A stretch of DNA of 64,000 nucleotides from the human T2T-CHM13v2.0 reference genome, Homo sapiens (GCF_009914755.1 NC_060942.1); one strand, 5' to 3'. Numbered from the stretch's first letter, positions 14,373 through 30,890 are shown. A program made the numbers and translations. Notes: generated by a model not told the origin, from the letters alone.

Positions 14373-15400
14373 TTTTGAGACGGAGTCTCGCTCTTTTGCA
14401 GCCTCCACCCCCCGGGTCCAAGCAATTCTCCTACCTCAGCCTTCCAAGTAGCTGAGACTACAGGCACCTGCCACCATGCCTGGCTAATTTTTGTATTTTT
14501 AGTAGAGACATGGTTTCACCATGTTGGCCAGGCTGGTCTAACAACATATTTTTAAATGCCTACAACTCAGTAACAAAAACAATAAAATAAAAAGTATGCG
14601 GCAACACAGACACTTCATAAAGATACAGATCACTAATATGTGCATTCACATATTCAACCTCATTTGTCATCAGGGAAATTCAAATTAATCTCACAAAAAT
14701 ATATCACTACACAAAAACATACCCGTCAGAACGGCTTATGTAATCAGACAGAGAACAACTGATAGTGGCAAAGATAGAACAAATAAAGTACCCATCTTTT
14801 GTTGAAGAGGAATATCAAATGTTAAAACCACCTTAGAAGAAAAATCTGAAATTTTTTAGGGACTAAAGTAGATACACATTTGCCTTATAACCCAACAATT
14901 TCATAATTTTATTTCTAAGTATACGTCCCCATATATGTGTATGTGTGTATATTTCATATATACATATGTATATATGTACATTTTTAAAAATTTATAACAG
15001 GTAAAAGTTGAAACAGTTCATTTTGCTCATCAATAAGTGTATATTTAACTGTGATATTGTCAAGAAATGTAATACAACTAAAAGATAAATGGGCGTAAAC
15101 TACTAATGTACATTTCAACGGATGATTCTCAAAATAATATGCTGAGTGAATGAAACATTAAATGTCCAGTGTGATTTTATCATTCCATTTTTATGAAGTT
15201 CTAGATGTGGAAAAGCTAATTTATGGTGGAAAATTCAGAGAAACATATGGTTGCTTCTGGTATTTGAGAGTTTTTGAAAGCGAAGAAATCTGAGAAAACT
15301 TCCTCGAGTGATGATAGTATTCTGTGTCTTGAAAGAAGTTTCAGTTGCCTGGGTGTATTTTTTGGTTTGAACTAATCTGTTGGCACGCTTAGCTTCATGC
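13150..15400 (+). mobile_element. Old L1 (L1MC/L1ME-like) ORF2 and 3' fragments, interrupted
   Basis: Degenerate ORF2 motifs (aaatgaaattaaattagaaat, catcagggaaattcaaatta, atatgctgagtgaatgaaac). Confidence 0.6.
14330..14539 (-). mobile_element. 5'-truncated AluS with internal deletion and (TTTA)n tail
   Basis: gagacggagtctcgctc joins directly to tgcagcctcc (about 40 bp missing); ends at ggccaggctggtct. Confidence 0.9.
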
Positions 15401-15604
15401 TTTTCATTGTCTTCTATTTCTCTCTTTTTAATTTAAGCTTTTTAAAGTGGAACCTAAGGTCATTGATCTTAGGCCTTTGTTTTGCTTCAATTAAGCACAT
15501 AACCTATACAGTTTCCTCTAAGCACTGCTATAGATTGTGTATCTGATTTATTTTGAAATGTTATAGTTTCTTTAGCATACACTTGGAAATATTTTCTAAA
15601 CTAT

Positions 15605-16352
<748 letters not shown>

Positions 16353-18492
16353 TTAGAAGTATCTTACATAATTTCCATGTATTTTGCTGTTGTTTTTTTT
16401 TCTTGTTATCTTATTCTCATTGATTTCTAATTTAATTCCATTGTGGCACAAGGGCATAATCTGTATGATATCAAGTTTTTAAAAAGGAATTAAGGACAGG
16501 TATCATTAGCCAAAGATGGAGTAGCATATGAATGTTGGGGAATGAAATACATACACTTGCAAAGAGCTTGCATACTGCAGTATTTTTAGTGTTATATTTT
16601 AAAATATCAATTACGTCAAGGTGGTTAGCACTATTGTTTAGAGTTTTTATGTCTTCATACAGATTTTGTCTTGTTCTATCAATTGTAGGGAAGGATATTA
16701 AAATCGTAACTAAGACTCTGAAATCATCTTTTTTTCTATTTTAATCTGTTACATTTTGCTTCATGTATTTTAAGTCTCTTTTATCAGACATGTGTACAAT
16801 TAGAATTATTTTCCATTTCTAGACATTTTGGCACTTTTACCATTATAGAATATACCTCGTTACATGTGGTATTAATCTTTGTGATGAAGTTTCTTTCCCT
16901 GGTATTTTAATAGGGACTTTAGTCTTTTTATGCTTATGGTTTCATGTTGTACTAGTTAACTTCTTTCTAATTCTGTATATTTATATTTAAAATATTTCTT
17001 CAGACAACCAAGAGTTATATATTACTCTGGGTATCCATTTTGACAATCTAGAGTTTTTTTTCTTTAATTAACCTGCCATAAAATTGACATTTTGTTATAG
17101 AGTTCTACAGATTTTAACACATGCGTATATTTATGTAATTACCATGATCGGAAATATTCCCTTGCCCCCAAAAGAGTTATCTCCTTCTCCCCATTTGTAG
17201 TCACATGCTTGCCTCTCTTTTAAGCCATAGCAATGACTAATCTGTTCTCTATCACTGTAATTTTATTCATTTGAGAATATAATTTAATGAAACAACATGT
17301 AATCTCTTAAGACATTTTATCTAAGTCATCAGTCTTTCAAATTATTGTTCCTTTTTACTTATGCAATGTGTCATTTACTTTTTGGCTGGTTTAAGATATT
17401 TTCTTTGGTTTTAGCAGTATGAATGAATGGATCTGGTGTCTGGAAATTTTTACTGTTATTTGTTTGATTTTTCAACCTATTCTTGTGGTTTATTGTAACT
17501 CTCAACTTTGTAAATTTATATTTCTCAGCAAATACGGAAATTCAGTACCATTATTTTGTCAAATATTTTTGACCTTAGTCTTACTTTCCTTTTTTTCTGA
17601 ATTCTAATTCTGTATGTGTTTATTCTTTTCTTATTGTCTCTTGTGTTTTTCAGGCTTTGTTTATCCTTCTTGATTGTTTTTTCTACATTTATTTTCTGTT
17701 GATTCATTTTCAAGTTAATTTACTCTTGCCTTCTCTTTATCCATTTTGATCTTAAGCTAATGGAGTAATTTTTATGTTATTTTGAATTATTTTTTGGGTC
17801 TAAACTTTTTATTATGGGTCTATTATTTTGTTTCTTATTCATTCCTAAGATAACCTACTTTTCATTTATGAGAAACATGTCTTTCTTTAAATCTTCGAGT
17901 ATCATTGCATTCTCTGTAAAACACCCTTCTCTGTTATTACAGCATCAGAGGCATCTCTATGTTGGTCACCACTGATGATCTTTTCTTATATACTTCTGTT
18001 TCTTTGTATGTAGAACAATTTTGGATTTTTCCCTGGACATTGAGAATAGACTTGTTATGTTCCTCCAATAAAAGCTATGTTTTAAAGTAGCTATAGAACT
18101 TAGCTGAAATAAAAGTTCAAAATTCTTCCTTCTGCAATGAATGACATTTCATTCCACTGGAATTATACTAGCTTTAGGTGGACTACTTAGGTCCTTTACC
18201 TAAGTAAAGGCATGTGTGATTCAGCCATAATCCAATGATTTGTGCTAGAATTATACCCCTGCTTCTCTGGTTCTTGCCTTCCTGGAGTTTTTCCTTTCAT
18301 ATCTCAGTGGCCATGGTTGCTCTGAACCATCTCCTTTTATTCTCCATGCAAGAATTATTGTGAGTTTTCTGTCAGAGACCTAGAAGCCCACCACCACCAC
18401 CTCAGCACACCTGTGGGTTTTCCTGCATGGTGATATGTCTAACAAACTTAGAAACTCATATGTGCCATTTTCTTCTTCCAAGCGTTAGCTTC

Positions 18493-18886
18493 TGCTATGG
18501 TTTGAACATGTTTCCCAAAGGCTCATGTGTTGAAAATTTAATCTCTCTGCCCTCATGAATGGAATAATATTGGCTCTGCCTCCTGAGGAGATTAATGGAT
18601 TAGTGAGAGCTCTGTCCTCATAAATGGATTAATGTTGCTATCACAAGAGTGGGTTTGTTATCATGGAAGTAGCTTTGTTATAAAAGCGAGCTTTCTCTGG
18701 GTCTCTTACTCCTGCATTCTCAGCATGTGATGCTGTCCACCATGTTATGGCCCAGCAGAAACGCCCCTACCAGATGCCAGTGCCAACCTCTTAGACTTCA
18801 AGACCCCACAACCAAGAGCTAATACATCTCTTTTCTTTACAAATTACCTGGTCTGTGGTATTTTTGTAGCAAAACGGACTAAGACA
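18493..18886 (+). mobile_element. MSTB/MSTC-like MaLR solo LTR
   Basis: TGCTATGGTTTGAA...aaaacggactaagaCA termini. Confidence 0.85.
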
Positions 18887-20142
18887 ATATCCCTTCAGTT
18901 CCTGATTTATTTGTTCTCTTTCAGTTTTTTTTTATTTTCATAATATTACAGGATTAATTGTCATTGTTTGTCAGAGTATAGGTTAAATAGATTTTACTCA
19001 GCCATACTAGAGCTAGGAATCCTCCAACCCCTTGTATGAGCTAGGTCCAAATAGCAACTTTTGTTTCCTGAGTCATCTTTAGAATAACTGATTTTAGTCT
19101 AGTATTTCTCTTATGCCAAATTTTATTTTCTGTAAAGAAAACTGTGGACAAAAATGTTCACATTTGAAATTTGTAAAACTCTTCAAAGAAATCCTTGGGA
19201 TCCGTCTTGCAAAAAAGACCCAAAAATGTCCTTTTATCCAAGATACAATACATAATAACAAAAAATAATTTTCTCATAATAAATATTAGTTTATTGCTTT
19301 CAAAAAGCATTTTATGAACTTTTAGGTAAAATAAGCTACATGAAGTTACCAAAAATATGTTTTTCTTAATTTATACCTGTACTGCTGAGGAGATAATTAT
19401 CAATTTTAAGGTGATTTGTCTACCACTTGACACATATATTTCTGAGGCACAGAGTTGGGACTGATTGGAAAAATACTCAGCTACAATTTTATGAACAAAT
19501 CTCACAAATGAGGAAGTACTCAAGTAGCAATTTCATTAAAAATATTGCCCGATATTATTGGGCTGAAAACAAATCTCAATGTATAATAGTCTACTTTCTA
19601 ATTGGGATGATACAAAGAGCTGACAAAAACCATGAAGTAGGACACCAACTATTTTATTTGCCAAAGACTAAAACACCTTCTTCATTTCCCTATATACATG
19701 TCTCTCTACATGGATTAGGGAAATGCTTAACAAAAGCCAAATCATAGGCTGTAGTAAAGCTTTATGCCAACATCTTACACTCCTCGAGAGATATCTAAAT
19801 CCTTTTGCCTAAATAGAAACATTTGTGCAAAGAAGTATTGCCAAATCTGGTGTTTTCGAAATATAGGAAGAGTTTTCTTATCCAATGTAAAAAAAAGGGG
19901 GACATTAAAATCGGGATCACAGCTGTTTTACTATATTTTGTTGTAATCTAAAATGTTTGGCTCCTTTTGTTGAAAATGAGCAATGTTTCCATTTTTAAAA
20001 CGATACTATTAACACATCAGCCGAAATTTCTCTTTCTCTTTTTAAACACGGCAATAAGTCAGTTTCAAGAAAACTATTCACAAAATAATTCTAGATTTGT
20101 ATCAATTCCTCTAAGATCACCTCAACAAAACTTATAACATTA

Positions 20143-20801
<659 letters not shown>

Positions 20802-21498
20802 CTCTCCCACATCTAATTTTACACAAATGTTTTAAAATAACTTACATTTAGTGAGTTATTTCTAAGTATGCAGATAGTTCTGCATAGGAAAAAAACTCTA
20901 TTTCCATTGATCCAATTAATATTTAATTTAATTATGCAGTGATTAAAACTGCAGCTAGCATAAAGTTTTGGAGCAAAAATACAATGAATTACTGAATATA
21001 TACACTGGAAAGCATAGTACTTGAGCACTGATCCATGAATACCATCTACGAGTATCATTTTTATAGAGAAAATAGAGTCATTTATCTATTAAGTCAGAGA
21101 AGGAGCTTCTATTTAACACAAGTTTTCTTCCTTTATTCTCTACACAAAATATGAAGTTCAGAAAAGACTTAGGGAATAAGACAGGACAAGATTTTAAACT
21201 CAATATATAAAGTAAACACAATTCAGGAAAAAGTAAGAAACATATATACATGAGAAATTTTGTCACTAAATATCTTTTCTCTCTCATATGTGTTATTTAG
21301 TTAAGTAGTTTTCTTTAAATTTATTTCTAATTATCACATAATTGGTGGTTCTAATCATTAGTGAATAACTCAGCCTTCATCATGACTGGGTAATTTATTG
21401 TATACATTTGGGCAAATAAGCAACTACACATAACCTCACACAATTTGAATTTTACTCATTCTTAATGAAATAGGTGTAAAATAAGGCAATATAATAAA

Positions 21499-21501
<3 letters not shown>

Positions 21502-21538
<37 letters not shown>
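21502..21538. repeat. (CA)n microsatellite
   Basis: About 18 perfect CA units. Confidence 0.97.
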
Positions 21539-21540
<2 letters not shown>

Positions 21541-24500
21541 TTCCATAAGACTTTTCTCTTTACTCTTTGGGACACCAGGCAAGAATAACTCTTACAGGAG
21601 CAGAAAATTCTACAAAGTACATGAAATGAAATTAATGCAGTACATAAACCGAGAGCTCTGCTGTTTTACCGACTGAAGTTCACGAGAAGTGTGGGAATGA
21701 ACAGTATTAATGTTGCGAGGTTGTGTCTGAATAATTGCTGATTGCTCGTTTGTCTTTTTCCCTCAAATTATAGATGTATGCATTTGTACAGAAACAATGC
21801 TTTTGTTAGTTTGTTTGGGGTTTTGTTGTAAAACTTTTTACATAAAAATTTTGCCTCCGAAAAAACCTTTCACTCCTTTTACTGGATTTATAAATCTGGG
21901 TCTCAGTATTCATTTTGATGGGAAGTGGAGAACGAGAATCTAAGGTCCCAATATTTAGTATGTGGTTTGTGCAGATATCACCTTATACTGCACAATGTTT
22001 GCATTAGAAACAGGACACCACATTTGTGCAAACATAGCCCTATGAGCAAAGGAATGTGGAATTCCCTGACTTCAGTGGTCCCTTTTTTGTTCTGCAGGTT
22101 ACATTTTTGCAGGGCACAGACTGCACACATGTACACTGTGTCCTAGTAGATTTCTACTTCATGCCTTGTGTGCAGTATGGTACCATTTCTGTCCTCCATC
22201 TCCGGCAGCCTTCACTCCAGAGATTGACCTCAGACAGGGTGAAGAGAAGGGCCTCAGGGTGCAGAATGGGGCAAATGGTCTGAAGCTCTGGATTCTTCTT
22301 TCGTAGATATTCATAATCACCTTATCTTCCTTATTGCTGCCACACTTTGGCCTTTCAGGCAAATCTGAGGCCATTAATTCCTTAGCCTTTGCAAATTTTG
22401 TTGTGCAAATCAGGTAGCACCTTGGCTTTCTCCACTATCAGTTTAAGATTCTGCTTTCTTGTGCTTTCTAGATTAGATACGCTTTCTAGATTTTGAGAAT
22501 GTTTTACTGTTCTCATTTATAGTTTTGTTTTCTTTCTGTAGTCATTTCTTAAAAATACTCACTATTGTCATTCAGTGGAGAGTTTCAGAGGCAAGGAAGT
22601 TAAATCAGTGATTGTATGTATCACAGGATTTTGAAAATAAATTTTATAGCAGTATCTATCTATCATTTGTCTATATATTTGTGGTGTAAAAGACTAAAAG
22701 AGGAAGTTGTGAAAGAGTAATCATTAATGTGGATGGGAAAGCAGAATACGCCCAGTAAGAATATGGTGACATCATAAATACAACCAAGACAACATAACAC
22801 TTTTTAAAGAGAATTTTCAAAACTATTTTCTCTTCCAGTCATATTTTATTAGTCATATATATCAAGAAAATAATGTAAATTTTAGCGCAACCTAAACATG
22901 CTATCAAGGCAAAAAAAGGCAGAACAAAACGAAGCTCAGAATATTTATGCTATAAAAAAAAATCACCTGGAACTCTCAATAGTGTCAATTTTCTATTGCT
23001 TTTATGTGAGCTGTAAAAAGAAACATTGGTACCGGTGCTCTGGTCTCAGGCTCACTAAACAAACCAAACTGTAATTGCCTGAAAGTTTTCACATTCATTT
23101 TAATTGACTTGCCTTGTTTTAAGCTTACATTAAAATTTGTTTTCTAGATAATCTTTATTTTGGAGGAGGCATTGGAATTGGTCTTCAAGAAACAAAATAT
23201 GCTCTTTCAGTAAGTAATGTTATCATTTGAAGGAATGTAAGTCAATGTAGATTTCATCATTTGGAAGTATTTACCCTAATGAATAAGATTAAAATTCGCT
23301 TATAAATAATAAACTCCATGACTAAAAATTTTAGAAAATTATACTAATATGTAGATGTCTTCAGTTTTCTATTTGCTTACTGTGTGGGATGTAATCAACT
23401 AGGTGTATTGAGGAGCTAGTATTAATAATTGCCTAGTCATTTTCTTACAATTAGCATAGGAATTTTGTTGCTCTGGATGAGGGAAGCTAATATAGTAGAA
23501 AACAGAAGGATATAAATATTGAACTAAATGTCGGGGAAATCAGGATTAAAATTCTGAGTAAAAGGAATTAACCAAGCGTACCAAAAAGCTCTCTTGTTTC
23601 ACTTTCTTTTATCATGAGGTAATAAGTTGAAATATCTGCTCTGTGGTCTGCAGAAATTGACCTTCAGTGGGATCCACATATACACAGTTTAATTTATTCT
23701 ATTTAAAGAAGCAAAAGGGACTGACATGTTGAACTAAAATAGCAAACTATCTATTTCACACAAAAATTATTTTATTAATTTTGAATGGGATTTTTAAAAT
23801 GTAATACTTTGCGCCATGTCCTGGAAGAAAATTACCATGAATTCTGCATTACAGACCAGAACATTGCTTAAGGAAGAAATAAATATAACAGAAAAATGAT
23901 ATCATTAAGGACTATTTTTGTGTATCAATGATATATGCATTGTCTTTCTATACTCAGGCTCAATTCCGACCTTCAAAAAAGTCAAGGAGAAACTTGTCTG
24001 TCTTATCATTTCCCAGTGATTTCTGGACTCTAAAAAACACATCAAACAATCTTAAACTACCATTATTTCTAATAGGTTGTATCTGAAGGAAATATTGTGT
24101 TAGCTTAAATCCTTAAGTTTATTTGTCATTTTTTCATTCCTAAGCATAAATTTGAATATTTCTATCTCTCCAAATGATATCTTCTATAGAAGGAATATCC
24201 CAGTTTTTCACATAATTTATATTAGTAATATTTCACGGAAATAAAAGTGTTCTAAATGGAAGATACAGCATGTTGTCTCTATTGGTATTCCTCAGTACTG
24301 GTTAAGAAGTTTTTTTTATAAAAAGGCTTAAACAATAGGAATGAACCACAAACAAACACCAAATATGTTCATCATTTAGGGGGAATAAATGAGGTTTTTT
24401 TTTTTTTTTTTTTGCTTTTTTTAACTGAGAGAGAAGAAGTTATAGCATTTGATTAAGAAAGGGTAGAAGAAAGGAAGGAAAGAAGGAAGAAAGAGGAAAC

Positions 24501-24869
24501 TGCATATATCATATCAACTTGAAAGTATATTCTTAGATTATAAGATAAAACAAGATTAAGCTTTTTAAGATTTAAAAAACCTGCGAATACCTACAAATTC
24601 TTAATACTTCTGTAGAAAAATGAAACACCTGGAATAAAACAGTCAAGCAATGAATGGACCATGAATTTCTGGAATAATGTTTGAAGAGATGAAAACGTTA
24701 TCAAAGCCCAGAATTCCAAATTCTGCTCTTTAAAATTTTGATAGACATATACTTTTAACATGACTAACTTGTGTCAGAATTCAAAATTTTCTTATTGATA
24801 AATAATGAAAAGGCAACTTGGTCCCTGAGTACAAAATTAAACAAATTACATATTATACCATCAAATATA

Positions 24870-25230
24870 TATTAATGATTTCATATTTGACATCTCGATG
24901 GTGTTGCTCTCCAACCCAAGAAAAAGGTATGTCTCTCCAATTATTTATGTTATTTTTATTTTTTTCCAGCATTAGTTGTATTTTGCAGTCTACAGCTGTT
25001 TCACATCTTTTGTGAAAATTTTTCCTTAGTGTTTTATATTTTTGACACTAATGCAAATGTTATTGTTTTCAATTTCCATTTGTTCATTACTGTATATAGA
25101 ATATAGTTGCTTTGTATATTAATCTCGAATTTTGTAGCTTTACCAAACTTATTTATTATTTCCATTTAAAAATTACATTTCACAAGATTTTCTACATAAG
25201 CTATTATATCATTTTCAAGTAAAGATAGTT
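24870..25230 (-). mobile_element. Old L1 ORF2 fragment
   Basis: ggtatgtctctccaattattt...tttgtatattaatctc...agattttctacata. Confidence 0.7.
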
Positions 25231-26357
25231 ATTATGACAGATACTCCATTTAATCTTTTTTATAATGTACTTGCAGTGAAGAAACTTTGAAGATTTTCAG
25301 AGGACAAGTAGTCTAGAGTAATTGAAATACATATTGAGCAAAATTATCAAATAAGATTTATGTTAAAACAAAGTAAGCAGATTCATATGAATGACTCTAA
25401 CTTCCTCTAATCATGGCTCTAAAATGAATTGAGGCATCTGCCTTAGGCTGATAACAATGCATAATGCTTTCACTGGCTTAATGCTCAAGGGAAATGACAG
25501 TAAGATCTTACCCTAAAAAAATACCTAAAATAATCTTTGTCTGTCTTCATCTTTTTTATTGGAATAAGGCTATTAGCATTTTTGCCTTACACATGTGAGA
25601 TTATAACTGTATTACATGTTTAATTTTGTGCAGCACATCTTGGAAAGATATAACAGCAATTCAATCATAGAGAGCCAGAGTGGGGATCTAACACAGGTAT
25701 CTGAGGAATGATTGGAAAAAGAGAGCTACTTAATTTGCAAAAGTAAAAATTAGCCATAGATGGGAGAGGAAGGTGGGGATACGATAGGTAATAAGGGCTT
25801 CTAAATGTGCAAAGAGACTTCACATGCAAAAGAATGAGGGTACATTCACATGGTTGAATGTGTCTTTTAGAAAATTATGTGACTATTTTCATTTTTATTC
25901 ACTCACTTCCAAAGTGTTAAAAAAATGGTATTCTGACAATTATTACTCTGCTACTGAAAATTCCTAAATCTAACCTTCGCATGTTGGTCCTTGCGACAAG
26001 TATTTGGCTCTATTATTCACAATTAAAAGAGAGAGAATCACTAATAGTATTGTCTCTTGCATTTATAAATATTTGGCACAGTTAAAACTTTTGAAGCCTT
26101 TCAGCATCTTGGCAAATAAGTTTGAGATAAAGAACAATAATTGCAAGTTGGCAGTGTTTATGCCTTTAATTATTTAGTATTTTTTATTAGAAATACTTGA
26201 ATAACACCAACAACACTTACCACATTTAGTGGAAGGGGATTTGTGCTTGTTAGACAATATTTTCAAAGCAAAATTCAGTTTTATATAAAAGAGTAAACAC
26301 ATTTCTCTAAAAAGTTATTCTTTCTTCTCTTTAGTTGTTTTATATAAACAAGTTTTT

Positions 26358-26866
26358 CTTATAACTTTTATTTTAAGTTCAGGAATATATGTGCGGGTTT
26401 GTTGCATAGGTAAACTTGTGTCATGAGGGTTTGTTGTAAAGATTATTTCAGCACTCAGATATTAAGCCTAGTGCCCATTTGTTGTTTTTCCTGATCCTCT
26501 CCATCCTCCCACTCTCCACGCTTCACTGTCACCAGTGTGTGTTGTTTCCCTTTATGTATCTATGTGTGCTCATCATTTAGCCCCCACTTATAAGTGAGAA
26601 CATGAGGTATTTGGTTTTCTGTTCAAGTTAAAATCGCCAAACTGCACAAAGCAATTATAAGTCCAATGCTATTCCTATTAAACTACCATTGACATTCTGC
26701 ACAGAACCAGAAAAAAAAAACTATTTTAAAATACAGATGGAAACAAAAAGGAGCCAGAATAGCCAAGGCAATTCTAAGCAAAAAGAACAAAGCTGGAGGC
26801 ATCATGCTACCTGACTTCAAACTATACTACAAGGCTACAGTAAACAAAACAGCATAGTACTGGTAC
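26358..26866 (-). mobile_element. 5'-inverted L1PA insertion (3' UTR on minus 26358-26624; ORF2 piece on plus ~26627-26866)
   Basis: aacttttattttaagttcagg...ataggtaaacttgtgtcatg (older L1PA 3' end), then aaagctggaggcatcatgctacctgacttcaaactatactacaaggc. TSD aaacaagtt(t/c)tt at 26346-26357 and 26867-26878. Confidence 0.88.
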
Positions 26867-26945
26867 AAACAAGTTCTTAAGAAAGTTTTATATTAAATAA
26901 ATTTGTAGCTAAAAGAAGTACTTTAAGGATAAGAAAATGAAATAG

Positions 26946-27330
<385 letters not shown>

Positions 27331-27624
27331 TAATATTATTTTCACTAGAAAAGTGATGATTATTGGCTTAATGTGAACTTATTTTGGTAGGCGTTGTAAG
27401 TGATTAAAACTGAATGCATCCTTTCAAGTTCTTGGACTCTATTAATTCTTAGTTTAAATTAACTAAATCTAACAATGTTTATGGAACAAAATTTCTTATT
27501 AAATAAATTTGAGATTTATAGTCCCTTAGATACAACAATCATATGATGGACAGAAATACAGTAATGGTATAGGTGAATTTAAACATATTATTTTCAAAAC
27601 TACATAAAATAACTAATACTCAGA

Positions 27625-27790
27625 AAAACACTACTATGTTCCAGGATCTATCTGAATTGCTTTATATACTTTAAGTCACCGAAAAATAGTTTTATTATCA
27701 CCATTCAGCCTATGAGAAAACAAAGGCACAGAGAAGCTCAGATTTATTCAAAATCACACAGATGGAAATCTTTGAGCTGTTTTCACACCA
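27625..27790 (-). mobile_element. MIR
   Basis: atgagaaaacaaaggcacagagaag core. Confidence 0.6.
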
Positions 27791-28857
27791 GATTCCACCA
27801 TGTGCTTTCAATTTCCATCATAAAAAAAATCTTACTGAAGGTTAAGAAACATATTTGTTAATTTTGTTTATGGCTTACATTTTGTATAATCAAAGTTGCT
27901 ATTCTCAAGCATAAGGAATTTAAATTTCAGAAATTTGTAATGATTGATTTCATGTTTTAACAGGAGCATTTTTACACGTTACTGCACATATGCACAATTA
28001 TTAATTAGAGTAAACCATTTCAATATCTATACTTTCTTAAGGTATCAGGAATCCTTTAAGTTGGCTAAATAATTTATAAAATTCTTATTGATTCTCATTA
28101 TGTGCCTGTGATATGATACACTTAGAACATCAAAGTAAAAATCCAATTTAAATATGAATGGCTACCAGGTACTTACTGGGTACTTCTTTGAGAGGGTTTC
28201 CAAAATTAGGCCACTTTCAAATCCTTTCAGTCATTTGTACAATAACGATATTACTAAATTATAAAAGGAATATTAAAAAATCAATGAGATAACTTCATAC
28301 AATTAATAGATTAAAATGGATAAACTTGTGGCATTATAAGTTCATTGATTTATTCATTTATCCAATATTTATTCAACACCTATTTCAAAATTCACCCATG
28401 TGATCCATAATGATGACAAACGGTATGGTGTATTTAAGTCATCCACAAAGAGTCTGCAGATGGTTTTTAACAACTGTCTCATATAAAAATCAACTCTAGA
28501 ATCAAGCTGTTGAGGAAGGCTTCTTTCTTCCTTACTGAATATCATTGAAACCTAACTCGGGTAAGGATAGTGTTTCTGTTCCTCCGGCAGTACCCTACTA
28601 CATATGCTGCTTACTATCTTTCACATTGCCATTATACTAGGTTCATTTGTGAATTGGAAATTTCATTTATTTACATCTGACTCCTCCTGTTACTGTTGCC
28701 TAACAATTTTCTGTTCATTGTCCTCATTTTTTGATCACATCTTTCTCTGAAAAAAATCCAATCTTCATTATGGATATGTAAATATTTCTACAGATAATTC
28801 ATCTTCTTCACTGTAACCACTCACTATTTTGATCATACCTTAAAATGTGTCACTATA

Positions 28858-29148
28858 GGCCCAGTGCGGCAGCTCGCACCTGTAATCCTAACACTTTGGG
28901 AGGCTGAGTTGGACTGATCACCTCAGGTCAGGGGTTCGAGACCAGCCTGGCCAACATGGTGAAACCCTGTCTCTACTAAAAATACAAAAATTAGCTGGGT
29001 GTGGTGGTGTGCACCTGTAATCCCAACAACTCAAGGGGCTGAGACAGGAGAATCACTTGAACCTGGGAGGCGGAGGTTGCAGCATGACGAGATTGCACCA
29101 CTGCACTCCAGCTAGACGACAGAGTGAAACTCAGTATTAAAAAAAAAA
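28858..29148 (+). mobile_element. AluSx-like
   Basis: Full dimer with A tail; TSD gtgtcactata on both sides (28847-28857, 29149-29159). Confidence 0.95.
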
Positions 29149-29469
29149 GTGTCACTATAAATAATTATTTTCATGTAAAAAAGGAAAGTTATGTATCTCA
29201 TTTTCTTAACAACCCATACGGTCTTCCTGTAATGAACAACATTACTCTTCCTTTAGAGTGTCAAACTAACTGATCTTTAGATCTCGCCCCATAAAATACA
29301 GCATGTTTCATACATTGCAGTTGAAATGATAGTTCTAAAACCTAAATATAATTATGAAAACTTTTTGTCACACCTTATGACAACTCTGGGTGAAACTATC
29401 CAAAATTCATGATGCACCTCAAGAAACTAAGAAATATATTTAAAATTATACAGACAATAATGAATAGCA

Positions 29470-29527
29470 ATATTAGTTGGGATTCTCCCCCCCAAAAAAA
29501 ATGGAACCAATATTAAGTGTGTGTGTG

Positions 29528-29573
<46 letters not shown>

Positions 29574-29951
29574 TTGTGTGTAGAGAGCGAGAGAGAGAAA
29601 TGGAGTCTTTTTTTTTAATTATTATTTTAAGGAACTGGCTTATAAGATTGGCCATTAGCAAGTTCAAATATGTAGTACAAGCCAGCCAGCTGGAAATTCA
29701 GGTGAGATTTAATGTAGTCTTGAGGCCAAATCCCTTCTTCTTTCGGGAAACTTCAGTCTTTGCTCTTAAGGCCTTCAACCAATGGGATGAGTCTCATCCA
29801 TATTATGACGAGTAATCTGCTTTATTAAAAGGCTACTGATTTAAATATTAATTACATGTAAAAAATACTTCCTGAAAAAGAATCATCTAAAGAAGTCTTT
29901 GAATAAATAACTGGATGCCATAGCCTAGCCAAGTTGGTGCACACTATTATC
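29470..29951 (-). mobile_element. MLT2-type ERVL LTR containing (TG)n at about 29518-29570
   Basis: ttttaaggaactggct...ctcttaaggccttcaac...gtaatctgcttta...ccatagcctagccaagttg. Confidence 0.85.
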
Positions 29952-30623
29952 AAGAAAGAATTGAAAATATGAGATAAAAGTTGAATAAACAATTGTACAT
30001 TTATACTGTGCAGATTTTAGTAAATGTGCATTGATTGTGATGGATATATGCAGTATTTTGATAAGTAAAAAAAATAATGGAGTTACTCAGCAGTATGGTA
30101 TCATCTCACATAAATAGCATTGAGAATATTGCAATGTGTAACACTTGGAAATAATGTCAACATACATCCGTTATATATATTCATATCTTTTCGTACTGGT
30201 ACGTTTATGTTTATTTCAGATAAAATTCCTGAAATATGCTGCTGGGGTAAAAGAATAAATATGTCATTTGTACCTTATTTTTAAAAATGACTGTGTATAA
30301 AAATTAGCAAGAAGTAGCAGGATAGTAATTATAATACCTGGTTTAAAGCAAAGCAATACAAAACAAAATGTTGTGGGTAGAGGAATGGCTATGGAAAAAC
30401 TAATTACATATTTTATATCAAAATGACCTACTGTTGAGATGAGATGAATCTGTCAAGTTACTTTTCCATTTTCCAGTTGAACATATTGTTATATCCTCCA
30501 TAGGCATGGAATGGATATGATACACGCCAACATCAAATGATTTCTGACCATGAGAACTCAGTTGACGGGAGGTAAAGAGTTAAACTTTTACGTGGAACAA
30601 AAAATTTCCTAAAGAAATAAACA

Positions 30624-30890
30624 AAACACCACATGTTCTCACTCACAGGTGGGAACTGAACAATGAGAACACATGGACACAGGAAGGGGAACATCACACT
30701 CTGGGGACTGTTGTGGGGTTGGGGAGTGGGGAGGGATAGCATTAGGAGATATACCTAAAGCTAAATGAAGAGTTAATGGGTGCAGCACACCAGCATGGCA
30801 CATGTATACATATGCAACTAACCTGCACATTGTGCACATGTACCCTAAAACTTGAAGTATAATAATAATAAAATAAAAATAAAAAAAGAA
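30624..30890 (+). mobile_element. 5'-truncated young L1PA (L1PA3/4-like) 3' end
   Basis: catgttctcactc...gggtgcagcacaccagcatggcacatgtatacatatg...aagtataataat; TSD aaagaaat(a/g)aacaaaac at 30611-30627 and 30885-30901. Confidence 0.93.
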
